A stretch of DNA of 23,591 nucleotides from Candidatus Hodarchaeum mangrovi (lineage in GTDB: Archaea; Asgardarchaeota; Heimdallarchaeia; Hodarchaeales; Hodarchaeaceae): contig JAEOUE010000266.1 in the NCBI GenBank assembly GCA_016839515.1, forward strand, positions 1 through 23,591. The letters run 5' to 3'. The position numbers were made by a program, and so were the translations under genes. The notes under the pieces were generated by a model that had not been told where the DNA came from, made no database searches, and saw nothing but the letters and a program-made list of their open reading frames with translations. Shown piece after piece: positions 1-9,893 of the stretch. Positions within the stretch are counted from its first letter, which is position 1. Every line of letters starts with the position of its first letter.

Positions 1-345
1 AATAATTTACATCAAAAACAGCATCAATTCATAATGTTGGCCCTTACACTTGTTCATCTCGTTCAGAAATATACTCAAAGTATGAATAAGGAACAAATTC
101 AGCTATTTGAAAATGCTAGGACCTTTTTAGATCGTGGGATACACTCTTGTCAACAATGGTGGGCATCTAAAAGACCTTGGTACTCCCCTGATATGATTAT
201 GCGTGGATTAAATGAGATTTTATTAGCAGGAGTGAATGTAAAACGATGTGTTCCTTTGGGACTTGTTGAGGATATTCCCAAAACGATTGATTTGATCCTT
301 TCTGAAATGTTAGTTATTCAAAATCAAATTGTATTATCTTTATGA
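1..345 (+). CDS. 3' end of a hypothetical protein (partial, runs off the window edge)
   Basis: Frame 1 is open from base 1 (NNLHQKQHQFIMLALT...) to TGA at 343-345, so ATG 34 is probably internal. No family recognised. Confidence 0.6.
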   Translation, partial: NNLHQKQHQFIMLALTLVHLVQKYTQSMNKEQIQLFENARTFLDRGIHSCQQWWASKRPWYSPDMIMRGLNEILLAGVNVKRCVPLGLVEDIPKTIDLILSEMLVIQNQIVLSL

Positions 346-450
346 AATATTAAATAGTTTAATAAATTAGAGCGATTAAAAGATTAATTTCAATAAATTC
401 TTGCTCAATAAATACTTCCTGTTATGTCTCTACATTTGGAAAAATTTATT

Positions 451-1779
451 TTAGAATGTTTTACTTTCTTTGGAAAGTTTTTCATTAATATAAGTAATAA
501 CTGAGTTTATAGTCACTTTCTCTTCGTTTCCATCAACCATTGACCTAATGGTTACCATTTTTTTTGCTAAATCTTTTTTACCTATTATAATTACAAAAGG
601 AATTTTCTGTCGATCAGCATATTCCATATTTTTCGATATTTTCTTATTCATTAAATCAATTTCAGTCTTTATGCCATTTTTACGTAAATTTGTAGTTAAC
701 TTTATTGCTTCATTTAGTGTTTTAATCGGAATAACATAAACTTCAGTTAAAGATGGTTTCCGAGATGAAATTGTCTCTAACACATCAAAGATCGTCTCTA
801 GGCCGAACGAAATTCCCACAGCGGGAAAAACTTCTTCTGATGCAAGGAAATTGCCTATTATATCATCATAACGTCCTCCTCCGCAAAGTGATGAATTAAA
901 ACTCTCATCTTTCAAAAAAGCCTCAAAAACAGTTCCGGTATAAATTTCCAGACCTCGGGCTAAACTATAGTGAAGTTTAATATCTTCAGTCACTCCAAAT
1001 AGTTCCAAAAAATGATATAAATCCCGTAATTCAGATAATCCAGATTTTCCTATCTCATTTGTAATGCGAGGCTCAAGATGTGCTAAAATTTCGAGATAAG
1101 GACCTTCATATTGAAAATAACTAAAAATTGTGTCTGTCAAGTCTGAGTTGATACCTTTTTCTTCTAATTCGTTTCTTACTCCTTCAAAACCGATTTTTTT
1201 TAGTTTATCGATTGAGAGGATAGTTGTATTTAGCAGTTCTTGAGAAATGCCTGCCTGAAGCAATATACCTGATAATAATTTTCGATTATTTACCTCAAGG
1301 TAAATATCTAAGCCTAAACTTGTAAAAATATGATGAGCTAGTGCTAAACACTCTGCATCAGCAAGCATGGAAGCAACTCCGATTATATCTGCATCACATT
1401 GAATAAATTCACGATATCGGCCTTTTTTAATTGGTCCATCACGAAAACAGACTCCGATTTCATACCGTTTGAATGGTTTACCTAGATTAGGATTCATCCC
1501 TATAAGACGTGCAAGAGGAACAGAAAGATCATAACGAAGGCCTAATTCTCTTTTTCCTTGATCTGTTAATTTATATGTTTCTTTTAGGATTTCAGCACCT
1601 CCAGCATATTTACTGGCTAGAACCTCCCAGAGTTCAAGTATTGGTGTAGTTGCGGGTTGAAATCCATAGATCTGAAAAATCGACTTGATATGATCCATAA
1701 TCTGTTCTCTAAGAACCTGTTCTTCAGGAAGTCGATCATTTGTTCCTTTAAGGAGATCTAATACTGTAAATTGTATCAC
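451..1779 (-). CDS. hisS: Histidine--tRNA ligase
   Basis: KGTND N-terminus, LRYDLSVP, motif 2 FRDGPIKKGRYREFIQCDADIIG, LARGLEIYTG, GGGRYD, and a C-terminal anticodon-binding domain (EYADRQKIPFVIIIG). GTG start 11 nt after the glgA stop. Confidence 0.95.
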   Translation of the reverse strand: MIQFTVLDLLKGTNDRLPEEQVLREQIMDHIKSIFQIYGFQPATTPILELWEVLASKYAGGAEILKETYKLTDQGKRELGLRYDLSVPLARLIGMNPNLGKPFKRYEIGVCFRDGPIKKGRYREFIQCDADIIGVASMLADAECLALAHHIFTSLGLDIYLEVNNRKLLSGILLQAGISQELLNTTILSIDKLKKIGFEGVRNELEEKGINSDLTDTIFSYFQYEGPYLEILAHLEPRITNEIGKSGLSELRDLYHFLELFGVTEDIKLHYSLARGLEIYTGTVFEAFLKDESFNSSLCGGGRYDDIIGNFLASEEVFPAVGISFGLETIFDVLETISSRKPSLTEVYVIPIKTLNEAIKLTTNLRKNGIKTEIDLMNKKISKNMEYADRQKIPFVIIIGKKDLAKKMVTIRSMVDGNEEKVTINSVITYINEKLSKESKTF

Positions 1780-1790
1780 CTAACATTGTC

Positions 1791-3254
1791 TTATGGTTCA
1801 ATAATACTGTTGAATAATTCTAAATAAGCTTTTGCAGCGTTTTTCCAAGAAAAGTTTTTTGACATTCCTCTTTTCATTATTTTAAGCCATGTATCTTTCG
1901 ATTCAAAGAGATGTAATGCTTTTTCAATTGTCTCTAAAAAGTCTTTTTGAGTATATTGGTAGAATATAAACCCTGTTCCATTCTCTTTATCCAATATATA
2001 ATCAGTAACACTATCCGCTAATCCTCCAGTATTAAAAACGATAGGTATAGTACCATATTTCAAGCTATATTTGTCATTTAATCCACATGGCTCATAACGA
2101 GAGGGCATAAGAAATATATCGGCACCTGCCTCCACCAAATGAGCTAATTCGTTATTAAATGCAATAGTAATCCCAACCTTATTCGAATATTCCTTTTGAA
2201 GATTTTTATATAATAATTCCTCTCTCGGATCTCCCATCCCAACCAAAATAAATTGTATATTCTTTGAAAGTAATTTTCTTATTGTAGATAATAGTAAATC
2301 AGTTCCTTTTTGCCATGTTAATCGTGTAACAACACCAAGCAATGGTATATTAGGATCCTCTGGTAAATTAAACATCTTTTGCAGAGTCAGTTTACATTCT
2401 GCTTTTCCAGATAAATTTTGACTAGAATATGTTTTGGGAATTAATTTATCTTTTTCTGGATTCCATAAAGAATAATTCACTCCATTTAAAATACCAACAA
2501 GGTCGTTCTTTCTCTCTTTTATTATTCCTTCCAATCCTGCTCCATAGGTTTTGGTTTGAATTTCGTTAGCATAAGTGGGACTGACAGTGGTCAATTTATC
2601 AGAAAATATCAATCCTGCTTTCATTAAATTAATTTTCCCCCAAAATTCTAAATATTTGGGAGTAAAGAATTTTTTTCCAATCCCAAGGAGAGGAAATTGT
2701 GAAGCAGGAAACTTACCTTGATAATTCAGATTATGAATAGTAAAAACGGATTTAACCATACTTTCACTAAAAAAATCATCTAACTTGATAAAAAGACTAA
2801 TTAATGCTGATTGCCAATCATGTAAATGAAATATTTGGTAGGGATTACCACCAGAATATTTATTTTTAATATACTCTAAAGAACCACGACAAAAAAAGAT
2901 GAAACGTTGCAAATTATCTCTATAATCTTTACCATCTTTTGTATATAATTGCGATCGTGAGGAAAAAAAGCGGTAATTATTTATAAAATGAACTTGAAGA
3001 TTGAAATTTGTAAATTTCTGGATAAAAACTTGACCATTAAATCTTTTTGACCCTATTTTTAAAGAAAAACTAGTCGTTTCATGTTCGAATTTTAGGTCTT
3101 GGTTTTTAATTGGGCCATAGTAAGGGATATACATATCAACATAAATATCTGGATAAACTTCTAATAACGCATATGGAAGAGTACCCATCACATCAGCTAA
3201 TCCTCCAGTCTTTATATATGGTTCCATTTCGCTAGCGAATATCGCGATTCTCAT
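1791..3254 (-). CDS. glgA: Glycogen/starch synthase (GT5)
   Basis: KTGGLADV, HLHDWQ, FTIHNLNYQG, TTVSPTYANEI, GILNGV, RLTWQKG, FLMPSRYEPCGL and TGGLADSV motifs. GAGGGA SD-like sequence upstream on the minus strand. Confidence 0.95.
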   Translation of the reverse strand: MRIAIFASEMEPYIKTGGLADVMGTLPYALLEVYPDIYVDMYIPYYGPIKNQDLKFEHETTSFSLKIGSKRFNGQVFIQKFTNFNLQVHFINNYRFFSSRSQLYTKDGKDYRDNLQRFIFFCRGSLEYIKNKYSGGNPYQIFHLHDWQSALISLFIKLDDFFSESMVKSVFTIHNLNYQGKFPASQFPLLGIGKKFFTPKYLEFWGKINLMKAGLIFSDKLTTVSPTYANEIQTKTYGAGLEGIIKERKNDLVGILNGVNYSLWNPEKDKLIPKTYSSQNLSGKAECKLTLQKMFNLPEDPNIPLLGVVTRLTWQKGTDLLLSTIRKLLSKNIQFILVGMGDPREELLYKNLQKEYSNKVGITIAFNNELAHLVEAGADIFLMPSRYEPCGLNDKYSLKYGTIPIVFNTGGLADSVTDYILDKENGTGFIFYQYTQKDFLETIEKALHLFESKDTWLKIMKRGMSKNFSWKNAAKAYLELFNSIIEP

Positions 3255-3523
3255 ATTATTTCCCTCAAGATAATTTACATAATTGTTTATTTATTCTAAT
3301 ACCAAATTTTTTATTTTTTCAGATTATAAATAATTGAATTCCCTATATACTTGTTTTTATGTTCTGAGGGAGATTAATTAGGATAAATTTGATTTTTAAA
3401 GTATAGCATAATAATTATAGGGAGAGTATTCAATAACCTTGTATAATCTTTCGTATCCAGAAAGGAACAAAATTCATACCATAGGGTAGCACTAGTACAA
3501 TTATTGCTGCAATAATATTCATA

Positions 3524-3850
3524 ATGAAGAATTTCACTTACAATGAAACATAAAAAAGGTTTTCTACTTCTTATGATGGAGTAGAAATTCATTACCTGAG
3601 CCGGAATCAGGATAATAAACTTAGATTAATATTGTGACTTAATCAGAGATTTTTTGAACATATGTCACTCTATATAAATGTTATGAACGCTTTTATTCCC
3701 CAAGGCTTTATTACCGATGCGAATGATCATCATGGACATAGAAAAAGTAAGGGGAACAAATTAGAAAAATGGGATAACCAAGTTCTCCACGATTTGACTG
3801 AATGGTACATTAAGCTTATTTTTGAACATGATCCAACAATTAAGAAATAA
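3524..3850 (+). pseudogene. Decayed alpha/beta-hydrolase (lysophospholipase/monoglyceride lipase, Hydrolase_4-like), N-terminal part only
   Basis: One frame from ATG 3524 reads MKNFTYNET*KRFSTSYDGVEIHY...LRLIL*LNQRFFEHMSLYINVMNAFIPQGFITDANDHHGHRKSKG...VLHDL. This matches the family pattern SxDGxxIxY...HGxxEHxxRY...GFxVxAxDHRGHGxSxG. In-frame stops at 3551 and 3635; it ends before the GxSxG motif. Confidence 0.8.
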
Positions 3851-3898
3851 AGAAACCTTAAAGGTTTAAGAGATTTAAAGCCTAGATGAGGATTATTA

Positions 3899-6800
3899 AT
3901 GAATATAGAGGATATGATTAAAGAGGTAAATAAGCTAGTTTCTAAAAAAAAGTGGGAAGAAGCCATTACTGCTTATCAGAACCTTGCAGATCATATGATA
4001 AGTGAAAAAAATTTTATAGAGGGTCTTAAATACCTAGAAGAGGCTATTGAAATAGCTACACATAAAGTAAAAAAAGATGAATTAGTTATCACATTATATC
4101 GCAAAATTATTTCTTTTGCTCGAAAAGGACGTAATAAGACAAGGAAGGAATTATTTCGATATACTGCCTCAGCTATCCCTTTAATTGAAAATTATATCAG
4201 AATTTTGGAAGACACTAATAGCTATACAACGAAAAATGGAGCTATGACAAGATATTTTCTTGGAGAATGCAAAGAAATTGTATCAGGAGAAGCCCAAAGA
4301 GATATCGAATTTCTTAAGGCAGGAAAATTATTTGTTGAAGTAGGTATTGGTTTAGCTCAATCTTCGGTATCTGAAACTGCTATAGAAGAAAGTTTTGAGA
4401 AAAGTAGGATTATTTTTAGTCAAATAAATAATATAGAGGAAATTTTTAAATCGTATTTAGCAGAGGCAGAAATTAATATTAAGAAAAATCGAATAGAAAG
4501 AGGTTTTATACTTTTTGATCAAGCAAGAAATATTTTCAAAGATGAAATTCATCAAAAACAAGTGATTAATTTAGAAAAGAAAGTTTATTCAGACAAGGCT
4601 TTAGAAATTTTATCAGATCATTTCTCAGATATTGAACAACGTAAAATTTCAGATCTAATGATCTCCAAGGCACGAGAAGCCTATATATACTCTTTACCAG
4701 AATTCTCCAAGATTTTATTCGATATTGGAAGAATATATGTTAAAAATTCACAGCTTGAAACAGCTTTTAATTATCTTGATGAAGCGATAACAAATTCCCA
4801 AACTGGTCCTGCTGAGATTGCTCAAAAATTGCCAGTAGAGGTCTTAGATTATCTTTTTTCTAACGGAAAACAAGCTGCAGAAGAGTCTCTATTATCTACA
4901 AAGCAAGACGACTTCAATCGATTAGAATCTCTTCTTTTTTTACTTTATTTTGACAAAATTAACGGATTAGCTAAAAGATTAAATAAAAGCCAGATAATCG
5001 AAGAGATTGCTTTTTATATATGTCAATTTGGTAAAGATCTCGTCGAAAAAAAGAAAATTAGTGATGATTTACCTTATATTGAGAAGGCAATGAGTTATTT
5101 AATTGAAAATAATCTGAAATCGGGAGTATTAAAAATCGGAGAAGAATTAGAGGCGCGTATTGAAAACCTAGCTTTATCAATGAAAATATTCCCTCTAGAG
5201 AATCTAAGAACATTATTATTAAATTCATATAAAGAAATAGGTGAATACGAATCTGCAGCTTGGTTATTAATTAAAGGAGCAAAAAGTTATGCACAATGGA
5301 GAGATTATGAAAAACAACTCTCCATTTTAGAAGAAGCATTTTTATTATTCCAACAACTTGATTTAGAGGTAATAAAGGGTTTCAATCAGAATATCCTTGA
5401 ACTATTTAACATAATTGAGAAAACTGGGTCAGAGCTTTTTGTAACTCAATTCATTGAACTATTAGGTAGGTATTATCTCCATATCCAAGATGAAGATAAA
5501 TATGATGAATTATATGCAAGATTGGCTCTTAATAAAATAGAAGAGAACGATTTTAATAAAGCACTAGAATATCATAACATAGATTTTGACTTTTTAGTCA
5601 AAGCAAAAAAAATAAGTAGAGCAATGGCTAGATTGCAAACAGTTTCCTCTAAATTATTCGAAAAAAAGAATGTAAATTTAGCTCTTAAACTCCATTCGAA
5701 GGAAATTCAACTTCTAATAGATTCAAATGCACCACAAGAACAAATTCTACAAACTATTAAAAATTTGGAAGAACAAATAAATCAAGCTTTGGAAGTTAAA
5801 ATCGAAATTGCTCTTATTAATGAACTCTTCCAAAATATTACTCAGCTGTATAATCACCTAAATATTATCGAGGGACTAGGAGACGCAGAATTTGAACATG
5901 CTATACGTTTGATTGAGCATAGCTTTTATGATGAAGGATTTATGTTCTTAAAACAAGCATGTAAACGATTTATTAATTATAATTTAATTGAAAAAGTGGG
6001 GATATTATTAGATTATGCAACAGAAAGAAAAGATCATTTTGAAGCAACTGATATTCGGCTTTCAGGAAGATTTCTTGATTTCTTAATTGACACTCTACAA
6101 AAAATGAATATAATTAAAGAAGCTTCAAATCTTATGTTAACACGTGCAATACAAGCCCTTCAATATGATGAGATAATGGCTTTTCAAGAGTTCGAAAAGA
6201 TACATAGAAGTATTACCCAATTTGGTTCCATAGAAGATGAAATGTCCTTATATCTAGAATTTGGTTCCGCTTTACTTAAAAATAATTTCATTGAGAAGGG
6301 GTTACACTTTTTGACTGAAGCAAAAGAGAAGTCTTCTTCCCAAACAAATACCTTAAGCCTAGCAGATATCTGTTTAGAAGTTGCAGATTCAAAATTTAAC
6401 TCAGCTGATTATGATACATATTTCACTCTTATGGATTATGCCTTAGAAATCTATAATAATTTAGAAATGATTCAGGAAGCTTCAACGATAGCGATGTCAG
6501 AAGCAAGGAAATTCTTTTTAATTGATAATATTCCTTATACAATGATTTTTCTTGAGAAAGCGTTGATTCCCCTTACATTAATGTATGATGAAGCACTAGC
6601 TTCTTCAGCAAGTCCTTTAATCTTATTATCAGAAGAATTTATTAAAGAGCTATTTGATAAGAAGAAATTTGATGAAGCTATTGGATTTATTGATTTTCAA
6701 GAACGAATATATCAACAATTAAACCAAACTGATAAAATAATTGAAGTAGAAAGAAAAAAAATTACTGCACTTATAGGACGAGGAAATTTTGATGGTGCAC

Positions 6801-7816
6801 TATCACAAGTATATGATATTGCTACTTTAGGAATTGAAGAGTCAAAATTTAATGAAACAATATATCTAGTAAGAGATCTCTTACCTCTTTTTATCCAAAA
6901 TGCACCTTCCAAGGCTAAAGATCTACTAAAGCTATTTCTAGAACTCATAATTAGGATAGAATATCCTCAAAAAGAAATTAATGCTGTAATCGATTCATTC
7001 ATTAATCTAATCATAAAATCATTTATAGGAAAGGAAAAAGAGAAGTTCAACGAGCAAATTGAGTTATTTTTTAACGCATTTTTCGATTTGGAAGCAAATG
7101 AGGAAGTTTTTGGGTATTTCACAATTAGATTAGGGCAGGAATTCTTCAAATTGAAAGAATATTCACTGTTAATTAATACACTGGTGAATTATATCACTAG
7201 TCTAGAGATTTTACGACCAGAAACTAAGATGAGAGTAATAGACGAAGTTATTTCTCTAATTCAACATCATAATCTCGATATTGAAATCGTAAAAAAAGGT
7301 ATCAATTTAATAAATACCTTAGGTAGTGGTATAGGGGATCAATATGGTGAATTGTTAGCAGGAATTTTCTATAAAATTGGAGTCAATTACAAGAAAAAAG
7401 CTGAAATTAATGAACTAGCAGTGAAGTATGCTTTTATTTATTCCGAAAAAACTGGAAATATTTCTGCCTCCCTTACATTGCTTTATGGATTAATCGAGGA
7501 GGATTTTGAGGATTCAAACTTTCTAAATGCTTTAAAACGAATAGATGAGGTAATTGATAAACTTAGATTATTAAATGATCCTTCAACAATAGCTAGAAGA
7601 TTTTTAGATTTAATAGAAAGGACATGTTCAAAATTAGTTGAAGAACGAAAGAAAAATTGGTTGGATTTGCTAACTTCAAAACGTCAAGTGATTGCTGAAA
7701 CTTTTTTGACTGAAAAAAGTGATTATACCAAAGTTGACGCAGATTATTCTGAATCATTAATTGATGATATGTTGGATTTTACACAAAAACATACCGGAGA
7801 ACGAGGATCAAAATAG
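3899..7816 (+). CDS. 1305-aa alpha-solenoid (TPR/SNAP-like repeat) protein
   Basis: Long ORF with SD GAGGA. Helical repeats such as AITAYQNLA..., GLKYLEEAIEIA, AFNYLDEAI, YKEIGEYESAAWLLIKGAKSY and YALEIYNNLEMIQEAS. No transmembrane segment or enzyme motif seen. Confidence 0.8.
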   Translation: MNIEDMIKEVNKLVSKKKWEEAITAYQNLADHMISEKNFIEGLKYLEEAIEIATHKVKKDELVITLYRKIISFARKGRNKTRKELFRYTASAIPLIENYIRILEDTNSYTTKNGAMTRYFLGECKEIVSGEAQRDIEFLKAGKLFVEVGIGLAQSSVSETAIEESFEKSRIIFSQINNIEEIFKSYLAEAEINIKKNRIERGFILFDQARNIFKDEIHQKQVINLEKKVYSDKALEILSDHFSDIEQRKISDLMISKAREAYIYSLPEFSKILFDIGRIYVKNSQLETAFNYLDEAITNSQTGPAEIAQKLPVEVLDYLFSNGKQAAEESLLSTKQDDFNRLESLLFLLYFDKINGLAKRLNKSQIIEEIAFYICQFGKDLVEKKKISDDLPYIEKAMSYLIENNLKSGVLKIGEELEARIENLALSMKIFPLENLRTLLLNSYKEIGEYESAAWLLIKGAKSYAQWRDYEKQLSILEEAFLLFQQLDLEVIKGFNQNILELFNIIEKTGSELFVTQFIELLGRYYLHIQDEDKYDELYARLALNKIEENDFNKALEYHNIDFDFLVKAKKISRAMARLQTVSSKLFEKKNVNLALKLHSKEIQLLIDSNAPQEQILQTIKNLEEQINQALEVKIEIALINELFQNITQLYNHLNIIEGLGDAEFEHAIRLIEHSFYDEGFMFLKQACKRFINYNLIEKVGILLDYATERKDHFEATDIRLSGRFLDFLIDTLQKMNIIKEASNLMLTRAIQALQYDEIMAFQEFEKIHRSITQFGSIEDEMSLYLEFGSALLKNNFIEKGLHFLTEAKEKSSSQTNTLSLADICLEVADSKFNSADYDTYFTLMDYALEIYNNLEMIQEASTIAMSEARKFFLIDNIPYTMIFLEKALIPLTLMYDEALASSASPLILLSEEFIKELFDKKKFDEAIGFIDFQERIYQQLNQTDKIIEVERKKITALIGRGNFDGALSQVYDIATLGIEESKFNETIYLVRDLLPLFIQNAPSKAKDLLKLFLELIIRIEYPQKEINAVIDSFINLIIKSFIGKEKEKFNEQIELFFNAFFDLEANEEVFGYFTIRLGQEFFKLKEYSLLINTLVNYITSLEILRPETKMRVIDEVISLIQHHNLDIEIVKKGINLINTLGSGIGDQYGELLAGIFYKIGVNYKKKAEINELAVKYAFIYSEKTGNISASLTLLYGLIEEDFEDSNFLNALKRIDEVIDKLRLLNDPSTIARRFLDLIERTCSKLVEERKKNWLDLLTSKRQVIAETFLTEKSDYTKVDADYSESLIDDMLDFTQKHTGERGSK

Positions 7817-7907
7817 ACCACCTGTTAAACTCTAAATGCAAGGATTAAAATAATTTGAAGCTTAAAAAAAATTAATACCAAACTGAGATCTAAAAAATAA
7901 ATGGTTC

Positions 7908-8333
7908 ATGAAAATGGCATCGACAGATTACACTGCTTGGATGGGGCAAGAAATGAAAAAATTGATTGATTTAATTGTCAATCGACGATCACCTGACGAA
8001 TTAGCTCCTCAAATAGCAGAAATCAGACGGGGAGTGGATTATGGAACAAATTACCCCGGAAGCATTGATGACTTATTATTAAAAACTGCAAGACAATTTG
8101 TAGATTCCTTAGAAATTTATCTTCGTGAGATCCGTCGAAAGCAATATTCAGGTGGTATACCACCAGGAGGACAAGCTACTATTTTATCAGGAACATATGA
8201 TTCTGAAGAAAGTCCTTCATCAGATCAAATCAGTGTTGATGAATTAAAGAATGCATTACAGACAAGAAAAAAGAAAACTGTCGAAAGTAAAATGAAAGGA
8301 TCTTTAGATTTGCTAAAAAACTATGATGAATAA
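7908..8333 (+). CDS. Hypothetical protein (helical N-domain, G/P and acidic linker, basic C-terminal helix)
   Basis: 141-aa ORF with protein-like composition, 91 nt downstream of and co-oriented with the solenoid gene. The start may be ATG 7914. Confidence 0.75.
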   Translation: MKMASTDYTAWMGQEMKKLIDLIVNRRSPDELAPQIAEIRRGVDYGTNYPGSIDDLLLKTARQFVDSLEIYLREIRRKQYSGGIPPGGQATILSGTYDSEESPSSDQISVDELKNALQTRKKKTVESKMKGSLDLLKNYDE

Positions 8334-8344
8334 ATTGAAATAAT

Positions 8345-8881
8345 CTATCTGTTATTTTTTATCAACAATTCATCCATTAAATGATCGACTTCTTTTTTCA
8401 AATGCTTAATAGTGCCATTATTGACAATAATATTGTCAACAGGAATATCTTTCACCTGGATTTCGGTTAAATGATTTTGCCACCGAAACCATTCATTCTC
8501 AGGAATCATCATGCCTGTCCGTTTTTCTATTCGAGCTTTTCTTTCTTTATCTGTAGACTCAATTCGTATTATAACAAATCCTTGGGGTTTTAAAAATTTA
8601 ACCTCATTGATTCTTCGAATATCATCAACGACAATATTCCCTTTTTCATTTATGATCATTTTAATAAGATATTTAACCCAAACATCATCATCAAAATCCC
8701 GCATAAATTTGCCAATACCCTGTAAAAAATCACGAGAGGGTTCAAGCCCTAAATCAATTGCAATTTCCCTCATTTTACTAGATAACCGAAATCGCTTAAA
8801 GTTATATTTTTCTTCTAAATATTCAGCAACAAGAGATTTTCCACTTCCCATCTGACCACAAATTCCTAAAAGAATTCTCAT
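8345..8881 (-). CDS. P-loop nucleoside monophosphate kinase-fold protein (dNMP kinase / dephospho-CoA kinase-like)
   Basis: Walker A GQMGSGKS right after MRILLGIC; RDFLQGIG, VVDDIRRINE, HLTE and IIVNNG motifs. Start moved from 8929 to ATG 8881. Confidence 0.8.
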   Translation of the reverse strand: MRILLGICGQMGSGKSLVAEYLEEKYNFKRFRLSSKMREIAIDLGLEPSRDFLQGIGKFMRDFDDDVWVKYLIKMIINEKGNIVVDDIRRINEVKFLKPQGFVIIRIESTDKERKARIEKRTGMMIPENEWFRWQNHLTEIQVKDIPVDNIIVNNGTIKHLKKEVDHLMDELLIKNNR

Positions 8882-9542
8882 TTTAACCTTTAGTCCTTTA
8901 TTTATATCTAAAAGTTTTTTAATAGGCAAATATAATTAGATTCTTATTTTTTTCATCCATTCAGATAATCTAAATATGAAATGATTAATAAATCTTTACA
9001 AATCCTGTCTTCTAGTTCTAAAAAAAGTCCTACAAAGATATATATAATTTTTAATATAATCAGAAACCAATAAATTCTTAAATATCCAGACGAATCTAAA
9101 TAAGGCAATTAAAACCTTAAAAAATTCCCAAATCTAGAAATTGTAAATAGACTATTCAAAGAATTGTTGACCTAATTTCTAATCATTCTTGGGAAGGAGA
9201 AAAGAAGGAAAAAATGACTCTACTTAAATTGAAATAATAAAATTTTCTCTAGAATATTGATATCTATATAATAGCTCCTCAATTAAATTATAAGTTATTC
9301 GAAGCATAACTTTAACTTTAAAAAGAAAATTTAAAAATGCTTTTGATGGACCTTTAGGTGATAAAAATACTTGCACTTCCAAGAGAACCGACTTTCAGAG
9401 TTTTCCAACTCATTCTGAAAGAAAAATCGATACTGATGAACATAGGGTAATACAACACTATTTTCTCATAGAAATAATTTGTGCAAGGAAATTTTTACAA
9501 AGTATTAAAGATCAATAACTAATCAAGGACAGGAATGAAATC

Positions 9543-9869
9543 ATGGTTGAGAATTATCCCAAAAATCATCTAAAAGAACAAATAGAATCTGAAGAAATGA
9601 TCTTTAAAACTAAAGTTCTTGATGTACGAAGTCAAGTATACAAGAAAATTGAAAAGGCACAAAAAAACGCTGATAAAGATTATCAAATGAAATTAAAAGA
9701 GATTGAAGCAAAAAAGGAGAATTATCGAACCCAGCTCGAAAATGATTTCAAAAAACTTGTTAACTCCATCGAAAAGGAAGAAGAAATAATTTTTCAAGAG
9801 ATTAATGAAAAATACAAACAAAGAGAAGAAGAAGTTATTGAAAAAATTCTAAAATCTATTTTACCCTAA
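9543..9869 (+). CDS. atpH: A/V-type ATPase subunit H (G-like peripheral stalk)
   Basis: 108-aa E/K-rich coiled coil ending VIEKILKSILP; first gene of the operon. Confidence 0.75.
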   Translation: MVENYPKNHLKEQIESEEMIFKTKVLDVRSQVYKKIEKAQKNADKDYQMKLKEIEAKKENYRTQLENDFKKLVNSIEKEEEIIFQEINEKYKQREEEVIEKILKSILP

Positions 9870-9893
9870 ATTCAAGTGAGGATGGTAGTATAC

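Noticed and set aside
3374-3966. Minus-strand ORFs 3374-3592 and 3730-3966
   Set aside because: They are antisense to the hydrolase pseudogene and the solenoid start, with no recognisable motif.
9337-9450. Possible ArsR-like remnant (VIKILALPREPTFRVFQLILKEK)
   Set aside because: The similarity is too vague and no HTH continues downstream.
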